Below, in pieces: positions 1 to 9,785 of a stretch of 64,000 nucleotides of DNA. Both the position numbers and the translations under genes were made by a program. Where the stretch lies: assembly GCA_034676785.1 (NCBI GenBank), contig JAXDDP010000157.1, forward strand, positions 25,920 to 89,919, written 5' to 3'. Positions within the stretch are counted from its first letter, which is position 1, and each line of letters opens with the position of its first letter. The DNA is from Anaerolineae bacterium. Its GTDB lineage: Bacteria; Chloroflexota; Anaerolineae; B4-G1; SLSP01. Under the pieces are notes generated by a model. That model saw nothing but the letters and a program-made list of their open reading frames with translations. It was not told the DNA's origin and did not search any database.

Positions 1-492
1 CGCAGCCAAGACGTCGACTCGGTCACCAGGCTCAATGGCCCAGCCAACAGCGCCCTGAACATCGATGGGAATCGCGTAGGCCACCCGATCATCGGGTTCG
101 AACAGAGCCGCAGCAGAGCCTGAGACGGAGAGCATCCCTCCAGGCCTCCCCACCATATCGGGCAGGACCGGCATCCCACGCGGGATCTCCATCCGAGCGA
201 ATTTCCCGTCGACCTCCTCGATCGAGGTGTAATACTCGTAGGGGAGATTCTCAGTCGGCCACGCCTGCAGCGCGATCGCATTGTCCTCGACGCTTATCTG
301 CATGCCACGCGCGACATTCTGGATCGCGACCACGATGTCCACGGTCTCAACCGGGGCGACCGCAGGAGTGACATCGACCTCCTCGCTCGGCGTCTTCCCC
401 GAGCGCTGCAGGTACAGATAGGCGGCGCCGGCCAGGGCAGCCAGGACAACCAGAATCAAAGCAAAGATAACTAGACCTCTGTTCCCGCGCAT
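1..492 (-). CDS. cpaB: Flp pilus assembly protein CpaB/RcpC-like (partial; C-terminus lies beyond the window start)
   Basis: The minus-strand ORF is truncated by the window edge, so it is absent from the ORF track. ATG at 490..492 is preceded by AAGGAGG. My translation MRGNRGLVIFALILVVLAALAGAAYLYLQRSG... shows an N-terminal TM anchor, a SAF-like segment (VVAIQNVARGMQISVEDN) and GDRVDVL, as in CpaB. Confidence 0.65.
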   Translation of the reverse strand, partial: MRGNRGLVIFALILVVLAALAGAAYLYLQRSGKTPSEEVDVTPAVAPVETVDIVVAIQNVARGMQISVEDNAIALQAWPTENLPYEYYTSIEEVDGKFARMEIPRGMPVLPDMVGRPGGMLSVSGSAAALFEPDDRVAYAIPIDVQGAVGWAIEPGDRVDVLAA

Positions 493-834
493 CAGGACCT
501 CCTTATGACCAAGATGCTTCGGCGTAAGAACACTGAACTCAACTGACGGGTCACATCATCCCAAGGTCAGAAGCGATCGTGCCAGTGCATCTCATTATAA
601 CCTAATCTTAACGAATTTCTACTACCATTATTGCCGTCCGGCACCCTGAGATGGCACTATTTCGTCAGAGAACGGTATTACGAACATTGTAGCATAGCGG
701 AAACTCGCTGCAACAAAGAAGCGTGACGAGAACGTTGCAGATTAGAGGCGGATTCTGGTGCTTGGCTGCCCTACCCTGAGTCAACGCCCGCCGCATCGCG
801 GTGCGGCGGGAAACGGGCTCGGAAGACGTGGTGC

Positions 835-862
835 TTGACGCGCCAACCCCTGCCGCTATAAT
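835..862 (+). promoter_or_regulatory. Candidate sigma70-type promoter of ftsY (TTGACG-16 nt-TATAAT)
   Basis: TTGACG at 835..840 and TATAAT at 857..862 lie about 65 nt upstream of the ftsY ATG. Motif match only. Confidence 0.4.
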
Positions 863-927
863 CCCCGGACATGCTGCTGCGCGCGACACCATCCTTGCAG
901 CGCAGCCTTGAGAGGAATCCTGCCTGT

Positions 928-1827
928 ATGAAGAGCATTTTCGAGAGCCTTCGCAAGACCCGTAACAGCGTCTTCGGTCAGATCGTGAATCTGTTCGGGG
1001 CTGGCGAGATTGACGAGACGACGTGGGAGGATATCGAGTCACTGCTGATCCAGGGTGATGTCGGCGTCGAGACCACGCTCGCGCTGGTGGAACGGTTGCG
1101 ACACAGAGTGGAAGCGGAGGGAATCTATCGCTCGCAGCAGCTTCAGCGCGTCCTGCGTGAGGAGATCCGGTCCCTCATGCCAGACCCTGGACCGCTCAAC
1201 CTCGAGTGGCCCTTGGCTGTCATCCTTATCGTCGGGGTTAACGGCTCGGGCAAGACTACCAGCATCGGCAAGTTGGCCGCACATTACAAGGCTCAGGGCA
1301 AACGGGTGGTTCTCGCCGCAGCCGACACCTTCAGGGCGGCAGCAATGGACCAGTTGCAGATCTGGGGGACTCGCGTGGGTGTCCCGGTCATCAAGGGGCC
1401 TGAGGGCGGAGATCCCAGTGCCGTCGCCTTTGATGCGATGAAGCACGCGCAGGCGCACAGTGCCGATGTGCTCATCGTCGACACGGCCGGAAGGCTCCAT
1501 ACACAGCACAACCTCATGTCAGAACTCGAGAAGGTCCAGCGCGTCATCTCCAGACGCATCGCCTGGGCTCCCCACGAGACCTTTCTTGTGCTCGATGCGG
1601 CGACCGGCCAGAATGGCCTCATCCAGGCACAGCAATTCTTCGCAGCTGTCAAAGTAACCGGCATCATCCTGGCGAAACTCGACGGCAGCTCGCGAGGTGG
1701 CATGGTGCTATCAATCGGCCACCAGCTCCAACTGCCGGTCCGTTTCGTCGGAACAGGAGAGCACGTCGAAGATCTCGCTCCGTTCGACCCGGAGGCTTTC
1801 TGCGACGGACTGCTCGGCGACCAGTAG
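928..1827 (+). CDS. ftsY: Signal recognition particle receptor FtsY
   Basis: ORF 871..1827. SRP-GTPase NG-domain motifs are present: GVNGSGKTTSIGKLA (G1), DTAGR (G3), LAKLDGSSRGG (G4 TKLD-like). I prefer the ATG at 928 (MKSIFESLRK), which follows GAGAGGAA, over the 871 extension. Confidence 0.93.
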   Translation: MKSIFESLRKTRNSVFGQIVNLFGAGEIDETTWEDIESLLIQGDVGVETTLALVERLRHRVEAEGIYRSQQLQRVLREEIRSLMPDPGPLNLEWPLAVILIVGVNGSGKTTSIGKLAAHYKAQGKRVVLAAADTFRAAAMDQLQIWGTRVGVPVIKGPEGGDPSAVAFDAMKHAQAHSADVLIVDTAGRLHTQHNLMSELEKVQRVISRRIAWAPHETFLVLDAATGQNGLIQAQQFFAAVKVTGIILAKLDGSSRGGMVLSIGHQLQLPVRFVGTGEHVEDLAPFDPEAFCDGLLGDQ

Positions 1828-1864
1828 GACATATGGGATAGATCGGAGAGATAACACCAAGGCT

Positions 1865-2954
1865 ATGAGTGAACTAAGAGATCGCTTCGAGGACCTGTCG
1901 GCCCGTGTGGAAGCCATCTGGAGGCGTCTTTGACTTGCCCGAACGAGTTCGGGAGCTTACAGAGCTAGAGGAGAAGAGCGCCAACCCGGATCTATGGAAC
2001 AATCCTGATGGAGCTCGCCAACTCCTCCGGCGACTGGCAGCGCTGCAGGAGGATGTCGGCTACTGGACCAAGCTCCGGCAAGAGGTTCACGATGCCGCCG
2101 AGCTTGAGGCGCTGGATGAGGAGGAACTGGTAGTCGAGCTGACTGCTGAGGCGAAACGGCTCGAGGAATACCTGAACAAGGCAGAGTTCCGCCTGATGCT
2201 CTCTGGCGCATATGACCATGGCAATGCAATTCTGGCTATTCACGCTGGAGCCGGTGGCACAGACTCGCAGGACTGGGCCGATATGCTTCTGCGCATGGTC
2301 TTACGTTGGGTGGAGCGGCGTGGCTTCAAGTCCGAGATCCTCGATCTGATGGAAGGCGAAGGCGCTGGGATCAAGAGCGTCACCCTGGGCATCAGCGGCG
2401 CCTACGCCTATGGCTACCTTCGATCAGAGCGCGGCGTCCATCGCTTGGTGCGACTGTCGCCTTTTGATTCAGCCCACCGGCGCCACACGTCCTTCGCCCT
2501 TGTCGAGGTCTGGCCCGACATCGAGGCTGACGAGGAGATCACCATCGATCCCTCCGATCTGCAGATAGACACCTTCCGCGCCTCATCTGCTGGCGGACAG
2601 CACATGCAGAAGAATGAGACAGCCATTCGGATCACGCACGTCCCGACCGGCCTGGTCGTGACGTGTCAGAACGAGCGTTCGCAGAACCAGAACCGGGAAA
2701 CGGCACTTCGCATTCTGAAGGCACGCCTGATCCAGATCCAGGAAGAAGAGCACCGTGAGCATCTCGCCACGCTCAAGGGAGAGCACGTTGACGCTGGATG
2801 GGGGAACCAGATTCGATCCTATGTCCTTCATCCCTACCAGATGGTCAAGGACCATCGGACCGACCACGAAACTGGCAATGTTCAGGCAGTCCTCGACGGC
2901 GATCTCGATGCGTTCATGGAAGCCTTCCTGCGCGAGCAGGTGGGCGATAAGTAA
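1865..2954 (+). CDS. prfB: Peptide chain release factor 2, made by a programmed +1 ribosomal frameshift
   Basis: The frame-0 segment MSELRDRFEDLSARVEAIWRRL ends at an in-frame TGA (1931..1933). The +1 frame continues from 1932 as DLPERVRELTELEEK... through the SPF region and the GGQ motif (SSAGGQHMQKNETA) to 2954. The two ORF-track pieces are 1697..1933 and 1905..2954. Confidence 0.95.
1919..1934 (+). promoter_or_regulatory. prfB +1 frameshift site (internal SD-like GGAGG, 3-nt spacer, CTT TGA C)
   Basis: The sequence tGGAGGcgtCTTTGAC matches the canonical RF2 autoregulatory shift site CUU UGA C with an upstream Shine-Dalgarno-like element. Confidence 0.88.
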
Positions 2955-3051
2955 CTGGGATGCAAGCGGTGTGGCACGCGACGACACCCTGTCTGCGCCC
3001 CATCGCCCTCACAACTGACTTCATACAGCGAAACACAGAGCGGAGGCAAAG

Positions 3052-4317
3052 ATGACAGCGAAGCGAAAACCGGCACCGTCTGCGGGTGGCAGCAAGTCCT
3101 CAAGCAAGCCACCATCGCGTCCTGCGCCGTCAGACCGGATCCTCTCCTCGAAGATATCGTCCAGTTCCCCTGCACCCAAGCGGAAGACATCCCAGGGCTC
3201 GCCCAAACCGGCGTTTACGCCTCAACGCCCACAGGCGCCAGTTGCCCCGGTGCCGGTCAGCGCTAGCAGCGAGTTGGCCACCAGGTTGGCCGTCGTGCGC
3301 AGCAACTGGGAAAGGGTCGCGGGTGGTGTGGCTTTGGCCTCGCTCTTCGATGCTCTCGAACAGGTGACCGGCCAGCTCAACGGGGTAAGCCAGGCTCTCG
3401 CCAGTGTTCGGGCGCGGGGCTACCGGTTCGGTCGGGACTGGGAGACCCAGGTCGAGGCCATAAGTGACCGTTGGCCACAACAACATACACAGGCCGTTCG
3501 GCTTCTTGACAGCGAACGACGGGTTTTGCAGAGCGCAGCTCAAGACGTTGACAACCTCCTGCAGCGTGCTAGCCGCGACGCTGGCCTGGTCAGCACGGCA
3601 GAAAGCCGCATTGCCGTCCTGCAGAGCAACATCAGTGCCGCCGAGCGGCGTGTGCGCGACACATTTGACCAGACCCAACAGCAAGCCTACGCGCTGCAGC
3701 GCGAGATCGCCAAGGTGCAGTTCATGCTCGACGCCCTGGATGAGGCATCGTTTGATCTGCTCCCCGATGAACATGGTATCGCGGCGTGCGAGGCCACGTG
3801 GGTTAGCGACCAGGACGAGCCCGAAGGACGCCTCTTCGTGACCGATGCTCGCCTCATTTTTGAGCAGCGGCAGGAAGTGGCGAAAAAGAAAGTCCTGTTC
3901 ATCACGACCGAGAAAGAGCTGATCCAGAAGAAACTCTGGGAATCCCCCATCGGTGCTGTCGAGGAACTCGAGGCAGAGGACAAGAAGTCGTTTCTCCGCC
4001 ACCAGGAAATGCTCACGCTGCGGTTCAGCGAGCGCACCCGTGAGACCCCGGGCGATGTCACCCTGCAACTCAAGGGAGTGGACAATGAGTCGTGGCGCGT
4101 GCTGATCCGCAAGGCCAAGACTGGCCAGATCGACAGTGACCGTTACGGGGCCCCGGCTCCCGAGCAACAACTCGCCGCAACCATCGAGCAGGAAACCACC
4201 ATGCCACCCAAGGAGCTCCCTACGGTCTGCCCGAACTGCGCCGCCCCATTGCCTCCCATCTTCAAAGGCATGAATCAGGTCGTCTGCGACTACTGCGGTA
4301 CGACCGTCAACATCTAG
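3052..4317 (+). CDS. Hypothetical protein: basic Ser/Pro-rich N-terminus, coiled-coil region, PH/GRAM-like domain, C-terminal zinc ribbon
   Basis: ATG follows GGAGG. The segment LFVTDARLIFEQRQ...LWESPIGAVEELEAED...MLTLRF resembles bacterial PH-like domains. The C-terminus CPNCAAPLPP...VCDYCGTTV is a CxxC...CxxC ribbon. No named family recognised. Confidence 0.7.
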   Translation: MTAKRKPAPSAGGSKSSSKPPSRPAPSDRILSSKISSSSPAPKRKTSQGSPKPAFTPQRPQAPVAPVPVSASSELATRLAVVRSNWERVAGGVALASLFDALEQVTGQLNGVSQALASVRARGYRFGRDWETQVEAISDRWPQQHTQAVRLLDSERRVLQSAAQDVDNLLQRASRDAGLVSTAESRIAVLQSNISAAERRVRDTFDQTQQQAYALQREIAKVQFMLDALDEASFDLLPDEHGIAACEATWVSDQDEPEGRLFVTDARLIFEQRQEVAKKKVLFITTEKELIQKKLWESPIGAVEELEAEDKKSFLRHQEMLTLRFSERTRETPGDVTLQLKGVDNESWRVLIRKAKTGQIDSDRYGAPAPEQQLAATIEQETTMPPKELPTVCPNCAAPLPPIFKGMNQVVCDYCGTTVNI

Positions 4318-4431
4318 GAAGGCTGAACAGGAAATCGGTCTAGCACGTGACTAAAAAGGGTACCAAGTGTTCGGAGCGTCGAACTGCCCTATGGCATAGC
4401 GATGCTCCGAGTTGGCACCCAAGGGAACTCC

Positions 4432-5925
4432 ATGGACCTTCTACACGACGTCAGCGCCTATATCGAGCAGTACCAGCTCATCAGGTCCGGGGCGAGGATC
4501 ATAGTGGGCGTGTCGGGAGGCCCTGACTCGGTCGCGTTGCTTCACCTTCTGCGGCACATCGCGCCTTCTCTGGGGCTCGAGCTCCACGTGGCGCACCTCC
4601 ATCATGGAATCCGTGGTGCCGATGCAGATGCGGATCTTGAGTTCGTCGCCCACCTGGCGCGCGACGCAGGACTCCCCTTTGTTGCCGAGTCTGCCGACGT
4701 GCCGGCGCTGGCTTCAGAAGCTCGATTGGCGCTGGAAGAGACTGCCCGCCGGGTGCGCTATGCGTTCCTTGCACGGGCTGCCCAACAAGCCGGAGCGCAG
4801 CTCATCGCTGTTGGGCACAACGCAGATGACCAGGCCGAGACAGTGCTGATGCACCTACTACGGGGCGCAGGCCCCGCCGGACTGCGCGGCATGCTGCCCG
4901 CAACGCGACTGCGCGACTACCATCTCCTGCAAGAGGCCGCGGGACTTCCGCCAGAACTGACCATCATACGCCCGCTTCTCGCCTCCACCCGCGCCGAGAT
5001 CGAAGCCTATTGCAGTGAGGAAGGTCTGACCACACGCCTCGACCGGTCGAACCTTGATACCACCTACTTCCGCAATCGCTTGCGCCACGAAGTCTTGCCC
5101 TATCTGGCCCAGATCAACCCGCGCATCTCGGAACGACTGAGAAACTTGGCCGAGGTGGTACGCGCAGACTACGGCTTGCTGCGCGAGTTTGTCAACGTTG
5201 CCCATGACACACTCCTCATCGCGGCCTACCCAGACGCGGTGGTCTATGATCTGCTACGCTGGCGCGAACAGCCCCTTGCGGTCCGGCGTGCCCTGATCCG
5301 GCGAGCGGCGTACGAACTACGCCGTTCGCTGCGGGACGTCGCCTTCGGACACGTAGAGCAGGCGGTCGATGTGGCCCAGAAGGGACAGACGGGTGCTCAG
5401 GCAACACTCCCCCGGGCACTCACCCTGACAGTGGGCTACACAACGTTGGTCATTGCCCATGCCGGCGCGCTGCACCTTCCTGTTGAACGCCCGTGGCTGC
5501 AGATCGAACAAGAGATCCCGGTCGCGGTCCCCGGTGTCACAGCATTGCCCGGCGGATGGATGCTCGACACCACCGAATGCACGGAATGGGATAGCCAACG
5601 GATAGAGACCAACCCCAATCCATTGGTCGCCTGGATCGACGGAGATGCGCTGGGCAGCCAGCTCCTGATCCGAACACGACGCAGGGGTGACCGGTTCCAG
5701 CCACAAGGCATGCATGGAGCCGAAGTGCGGCTGAGCGATTTCCTGACCAACACCAAGCTGCCGCGTCCCTGGCGCGACCACCTTCCGCTACTGGTCTCTG
5801 CCGATCGGTTGCTGTGGATAGTAGGGATGCGAGTGAGCCACGGGGCACGGGTGCGCCCCGCGACGACCCGTGTGATCCACCTCCGGGTGTTGGCCCCACG
5901 GGAGAATCCGGCGCGACGCGAGTGA
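4432..5925 (+). CDS. tilS: tRNA(Ile)-lysidine synthase
   Basis: PP-loop motif VGVSGGPDSVALLH, then HLHHGIRG and GHNADDQAETVLM. The C-terminal R(R)GDRFQPQGM block is typical of TilS. I prefer the ATG at 4432 (AAGGGA upstream) over 4402. Confidence 0.9.
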   Translation: MDLLHDVSAYIEQYQLIRSGARIIVGVSGGPDSVALLHLLRHIAPSLGLELHVAHLHHGIRGADADADLEFVAHLARDAGLPFVAESADVPALASEARLALEETARRVRYAFLARAAQQAGAQLIAVGHNADDQAETVLMHLLRGAGPAGLRGMLPATRLRDYHLLQEAAGLPPELTIIRPLLASTRAEIEAYCSEEGLTTRLDRSNLDTTYFRNRLRHEVLPYLAQINPRISERLRNLAEVVRADYGLLREFVNVAHDTLLIAAYPDAVVYDLLRWREQPLAVRRALIRRAAYELRRSLRDVAFGHVEQAVDVAQKGQTGAQATLPRALTLTVGYTTLVIAHAGALHLPVERPWLQIEQEIPVAVPGVTALPGGWMLDTTECTEWDSQRIETNPNPLVAWIDGDALGSQLLIRTRRRGDRFQPQGMHGAEVRLSDFLTNTKLPRPWRDHLPLLVSADRLLWIVGMRVSHGARVRPATTRVIHLRVLAPRENPARRE

Positions 5926-5968
5926 GACCGGGCGTCAACACGATGCCGGAGAAAATCTGAGGAGCACG

Positions 5969-7351
5969 ATGGCTACGGAGCCTGGTGAGGAACTGACCGA
6001 ACGCGAACTTGAGATCACGGTACTTGTCACCGAAGGGTTGACGAACCGTGAAATCGCCGCGCGTCTGTTCATCAGTCACAACACCATCAAGGTGCACCTG
6101 CGCAATATCTTCACCAAGACTGGGGTAGCGTCGCGCACGGAGCTCTCGATGCTTGCGGTTCAGGAAGGATGGGTCGCGATCCCGGGCTTAGCCGAGACCG
6201 CTGTCCTACCATCACAAGAGGGATCGGTCGCGCCATCTCCATCAGGCGATCGCGTCCTCGATCAGAGCGCGGAGCTTCCACCAGAACCACCACCCTGGCC
6301 ACTCCCACGCTGGATCGCACTGGCGCTCGGTCTGGCCCTGGTTCTGTTCGTGGCACTCTTACCCCAAAGTCGCCAAGTGCTCCCTACGGCTGCCGGCCCG
6401 GGCGTCGTCTTTGGTGCTGTCGACCCCGCAGCACGCCCCTCGGCACCCGTAGCAGATGATGGCTGGCAGGAGCGCACGCCGCTTCCCGTACGGCGCGCAG
6501 GTATGGGAACAGCAGGCATTGACGACCGCATCTACCTGATCGGTGGTATGACGGACGCGGGTTCAAGCGACCGTCTGGACGTTTACGACTCAGGGTCCGA
6601 CGCTTGGCACACCGCAAGCCCGCGCCCCGTTGCGTTGGCCAACGTCGGCGCGGTTGCCATCGACGAGAGGATCCTCGTTCCCGGGGGATGCACGGACGAC
6701 GGCAACTGGACCCCCAGCACAGCGACCCACCTCTACGACCCGGCAAGCGACACCTGGTCCGAAACCACCCCTCTTCCAACCCCACTCTGCGCCTATGCGT
6801 TGACAACCCACGGCGACCAGGCCTATCTGTTTGGTGGATGGGATGGATCTGCATACCGTCAGCTTGCCTACAGATATGATCCGGTGACTGCGGTCTGGGA
6901 GATCCTTCCTTCCCCGACACACGCGCGGGGATTTGGAGCTGCCGCAGGGTTAGAGGATCGCATCCTATACGTCGGGGGATTCCTCGATGATCGTGAGGTG
7001 GCCACCTGTGAGGCCTATCTCACCGCAGACGATCAATGGGAGAGCTGCCAGTCGATGCTCCAGCCGCGTGGCGGGCTCAGCCTCGTGACAATCGGGGGCA
7101 GAGCCTATGCCATTGGGGGCGGTTGGCACACACCATTGGGATTCAACGAGCGCTATACGCCAGGCCAGGATGCGTGGAGTGTCGTGGAATCGCCCATCGT
7201 GGGCGAGTGGCGAAACTTGGGCGCCATCGCCTCAGATACCTCTATCTATACCTTCGGCGGATGGGGAGAGACCGGTTTCCTGAATAGCACCTATGTTGTG
7301 GAGGTCATGCCCTGGCGCGTCTTCATCCCGGGAACGTTCCGCACGCCCTGA
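5969..7351 (+). CDS. Membrane-anchored LuxR-family HTH protein with C-terminal Kelch beta-propeller
   Basis: N-terminal LuxR/FixJ-type HTH (LTERELEITVLVTEGLTNREIAARLFISHNTIKVHLRNIFTKTG). One TM segment (WIALALGLALVLFVALL). About six Kelch-like repeats follow (IYLIGG, AYLFGGWDG, ILYVGG, AYAIGGGW, IYTFGGWG). GAGGAG precedes the ATG. Confidence 0.85.
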   Translation: MATEPGEELTERELEITVLVTEGLTNREIAARLFISHNTIKVHLRNIFTKTGVASRTELSMLAVQEGWVAIPGLAETAVLPSQEGSVAPSPSGDRVLDQSAELPPEPPPWPLPRWIALALGLALVLFVALLPQSRQVLPTAAGPGVVFGAVDPAARPSAPVADDGWQERTPLPVRRAGMGTAGIDDRIYLIGGMTDAGSSDRLDVYDSGSDAWHTASPRPVALANVGAVAIDERILVPGGCTDDGNWTPSTATHLYDPASDTWSETTPLPTPLCAYALTTHGDQAYLFGGWDGSAYRQLAYRYDPVTAVWEILPSPTHARGFGAAAGLEDRILYVGGFLDDREVATCEAYLTADDQWESCQSMLQPRGGLSLVTIGGRAYAIGGGWHTPLGFNERYTPGQDAWSVVESPIVGEWRNLGAIASDTSIYTFGGWGETGFLNSTYVVEVMPWRVFIPGTFRTP

Positions 7352-7359
7352 TCGGGTCG

Positions 7360-8379
7360 TCAGGCTAGCTGGAGCCCGGGCTCGATGTCAAGATCCCATC
7401 CAGCACGCTCTCCCGCCTGATACCGAAAGTAGCCTGCAGCAGCAATCATCGCGGCGTTATCGGTACACAGAATTCGGCGTAGCGTATAGACTGGCACAGC
7501 CACCCCCACGCGCATCGCTTCGCGCAATGCAGTGTTCGCCGACACACCACCGGATAGCAGCACGGCGTTGACACCGAACTCTTTAGCCGCCCGTGCAGTC
7601 TTTTCCACGAGGACATCGACCACCGACATCTGAAACGCCGCAGCCATGTTGGCGTAGAAACCTTGTGGAACCGGTTCGGTGTACCGCTGTTGCACCCGCA
7701 ACACCGCCGTCTTCAACCCACTGAAGCTGAAGTCATAGGTACCGGGCAACCACGCCCGTGGCAGATCGAAGACATGGGAATCGCCATTCTTCGCCGCTTG
7801 CTCGATCGCTGGGCCACCTGGGTAGCCCAACTTGAGCATACGCGCCACTTTGTCAAACGCCTCTCCCGCCGCATCATCCAGCGTGCCGCCCAGGCGCTCA
7901 TACTGACCGTGGTCGTGGGCCAGGATAAGGTCCGTATGCCCACCAGAGACGATCAGCGCAATCAGCGGAAAACGCACCTTGCCGTTTGCGCTACCCTCGG
8001 CCCCCGTCTGCAACCAGTGAGCGTAGAGATGGCCTTCCAGGTGGTTGACCGGGATCAGTGGCAACCCCTTGGCAAGTGCTGCGCCCTTTGCGTAGTTGAG
8101 CCCGACCAGAAGCGAACCGGGAAGACCGGGACCGTAGGTCACGGCAATGGCGTCCAGATCGTCCCACCCAACGTAGGCCGCCGCCAGCGCCTCATCCACC
8201 GTCGGGATGATCGATTCGACGTGCATACGCGATGCCAGTTCAGGAAACACCCCACCATATTGTGCGTGGAGCTCCGCTTGAGAGGCCACAACGTTGGAGA
8301 GGATTGTCGTTCCATCCTCGATGACAGCAGCCGCGGTCTCATCGCACGACGTCTCGATCCCCAGAATGCGAACCGTCAT
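7360..8379 (-). CDS. tsaD: tRNA N6-adenosine threonylcarbamoyltransferase TsaD
   Basis: MTVRILGIETSCDETAAAV..., HLEGHLYA, SGGHT and SGGVSAN are Kae1/TsaD hallmarks. I prefer the start at 8379 (the Met of MTVRILG) over the 8406 extension. It overlaps the pepP stop by 4 nt. Confidence 0.95.
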   Translation of the reverse strand: MTVRILGIETSCDETAAAVIEDGTTILSNVVASQAELHAQYGGVFPELASRMHVESIIPTVDEALAAAYVGWDDLDAIAVTYGPGLPGSLLVGLNYAKGAALAKGLPLIPVNHLEGHLYAHWLQTGAEGSANGKVRFPLIALIVSGGHTDLILAHDHGQYERLGGTLDDAAGEAFDKVARMLKLGYPGGPAIEQAAKNGDSHVFDLPRAWLPGTYDFSFSGLKTAVLRVQQRYTEPVPQGFYANMAAAFQMSVVDVLVEKTARAAKEFGVNAVLLSGGVSANTALREAMRVGVAVPVYTLRRILCTDNAAMIAAAGYFRYQAGERAGWDLDIEPGLQLA

Positions 8380-9638
8380 TGCCCCATCTCCCTCTCCACA
8401 GACCATGCGGGCATCGGCACGACCAGGTCATAGTCCATCTGCGTCAGCGTATGAACCTCACCAGCGTCATCTATCCAGACCATGTCCTCGACGCGGCAGC
8501 CCATGCCGCGTTCTGGATAGTAGAGCCCGGGTTCAAACGCGAAAACATGGCCCGGCTCCAGAACCATGGTGTTCCCCGGACTATCGTGAAAGCCCGGGAC
8601 CTCGTGAATGTCAAGACCGACCCCGTGCCCAACGCTGTGAACATAACCACTCTGAATCGCGGGATCGTCGGCAATTGTCGCGTGGCCACGCGCTTTGAAG
8701 AAATCGCACGTCATCCGCTGATACTCCCGGACTTCCTCCCCCGTGCGGAGGGCAGCCTTCACTGTTGTCAAGCACTCGTAGACGTCACGGTGCAGACGCG
8801 TAACGGCGTCTGGGGCATAGCCGAGGCAGAAGGTCCGCGTCAGATCGAAGAAATAGCCCCCACCCATCTGCCGGGGGAAGATGTCGAAGACGATCGACTC
8901 CCCCAAACGCATTGGCGCGTCAGCCGTACCCCGGCTATGCGGAATTCCCGCGTCACCACCGGTTGCAAAGATGAACCCTTCAGGGTCCTCCAGACCCTCC
9001 GCCGCGATCAGGCGTACGATCTGAGCATGGACTTGCCCGACAGTCAGCACACTACCATCCTGCCTGCGCAAGACCTCATCTTCTCCCACATCGTGAGACT
9101 GCAGAAAGGCCCGCGTCTGCCGCACAACGTTCGCAGTTCGTATCCCAACCTCGCGGATGACGGCGACCTCTTCGGCATCCTTTGTCGCCCTGGCGACACG
9201 GATGAGGTCTGGGTCCATTTCACCCACGATCTCGACATCAGGCGTTGCGGCATTCAGAGCCGTCAAAAACATATAGGCATACCCCTGATCCAGATAGCCG
9301 TAGCACCCCAGACGTCCCGTGATTCCCAGGTCAGCAAAAATCCGCTGGTAGTAGGCAACCGACGCGGCCAGTTCATCGCCACCATGCTGCTGCAGGAGTT
9401 CGCCGTACTCATACCGTGTCGTCAGCAACACCGGGTATCCTGCCTGCGCGGCTGAGGCACGGTCCATCGGCCCCACGATGAGCGTCGGTATCTCACCACG
9501 CTTCTTGATCAGCACCGCACGGGTCATATGGGCGCCGTTAAGCAGGTAGACCAACGGAGGATTTCCCAGGACTTTTCCGCTGACGAGGATGGCATCGAGG
9601 TTCCGAGCAGTCATCAGTGCATCGAGATCGCGCTTCAT
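8376..9638 (-). CDS. pepP: Xaa-Pro aminopeptidase (M24B family)
   Basis: M24 metal-ligand blocks are present: VFDIFP, HSVGHGVGLDIHE, EPGLYYP...GCRVED. The start was chosen at MKRDLDALM (ATG 9636..9638). The 100-aa upstream extension of ORF 8376..9938 is rejected because it overlaps the divergent der promoter region. Confidence 0.88.
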   Translation of the reverse strand: MKRDLDALMTARNLDAILVSGKVLGNPPLVYLLNGAHMTRAVLIKKRGEIPTLIVGPMDRASAAQAGYPVLLTTRYEYGELLQQHGGDELAASVAYYQRIFADLGITGRLGCYGYLDQGYAYMFLTALNAATPDVEIVGEMDPDLIRVARATKDAEEVAVIREVGIRTANVVRQTRAFLQSHDVGEDEVLRRQDGSVLTVGQVHAQIVRLIAAEGLEDPEGFIFATGGDAGIPHSRGTADAPMRLGESIVFDIFPRQMGGGYFFDLTRTFCLGYAPDAVTRLHRDVYECLTTVKAALRTGEEVREYQRMTCDFFKARGHATIADDPAIQSGYVHSVGHGVGLDIHEVPGFHDSPGNTMVLEPGHVFAFEPGLYYPERGMGCRVEDMVWIDDAGEVHTLTQMDYDLVVPMPAWSVEREMGQ

Positions 9639-9785
9639 TGGGTACACCTTTCGGAGCGATGGACGGCTGCAGGACTCCAATTCGCAGCTTGATATCATTG
9701 TGCCACAGGCGATGGAAAACGCAACGCTAGATGCGCGTTGTCGTTTGCCCCTTTTCCAAGTATACTGAGCCGCACAGGAGATTCT

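Noticed and set aside
640-830. A possible small RNA (for example SRP RNA) or terminator in the 436-nt spacer upstream of ftsY, including the GC hairpin at 787..810.
   Set aside because: There is no match by eye to the conserved SRP RNA domain IV motif (GGAAG...AGCAGCC-like). The hairpin has no U-tract on either strand. The region is adequately explained by divergent cpaB and ftsY promoters.
3130-4170. A 346-aa ORF antisense to the 3052..4317 gene.
   Set aside because: It is a typical shadow ORF of GC-rich DNA. Its composition is Arg/Gly/Leu/Pro-rich and low-complexity, and it has no RBS or recognisable motif. The sense frame has an RBS and domain-like sequence.
8379-9455. A 358-aa ORF antisense to pepP.
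   Set aside because: The opposite strand encodes a full M24 aminopeptidase with all metal-ligand blocks. The antisense product has no motifs and a biased composition.
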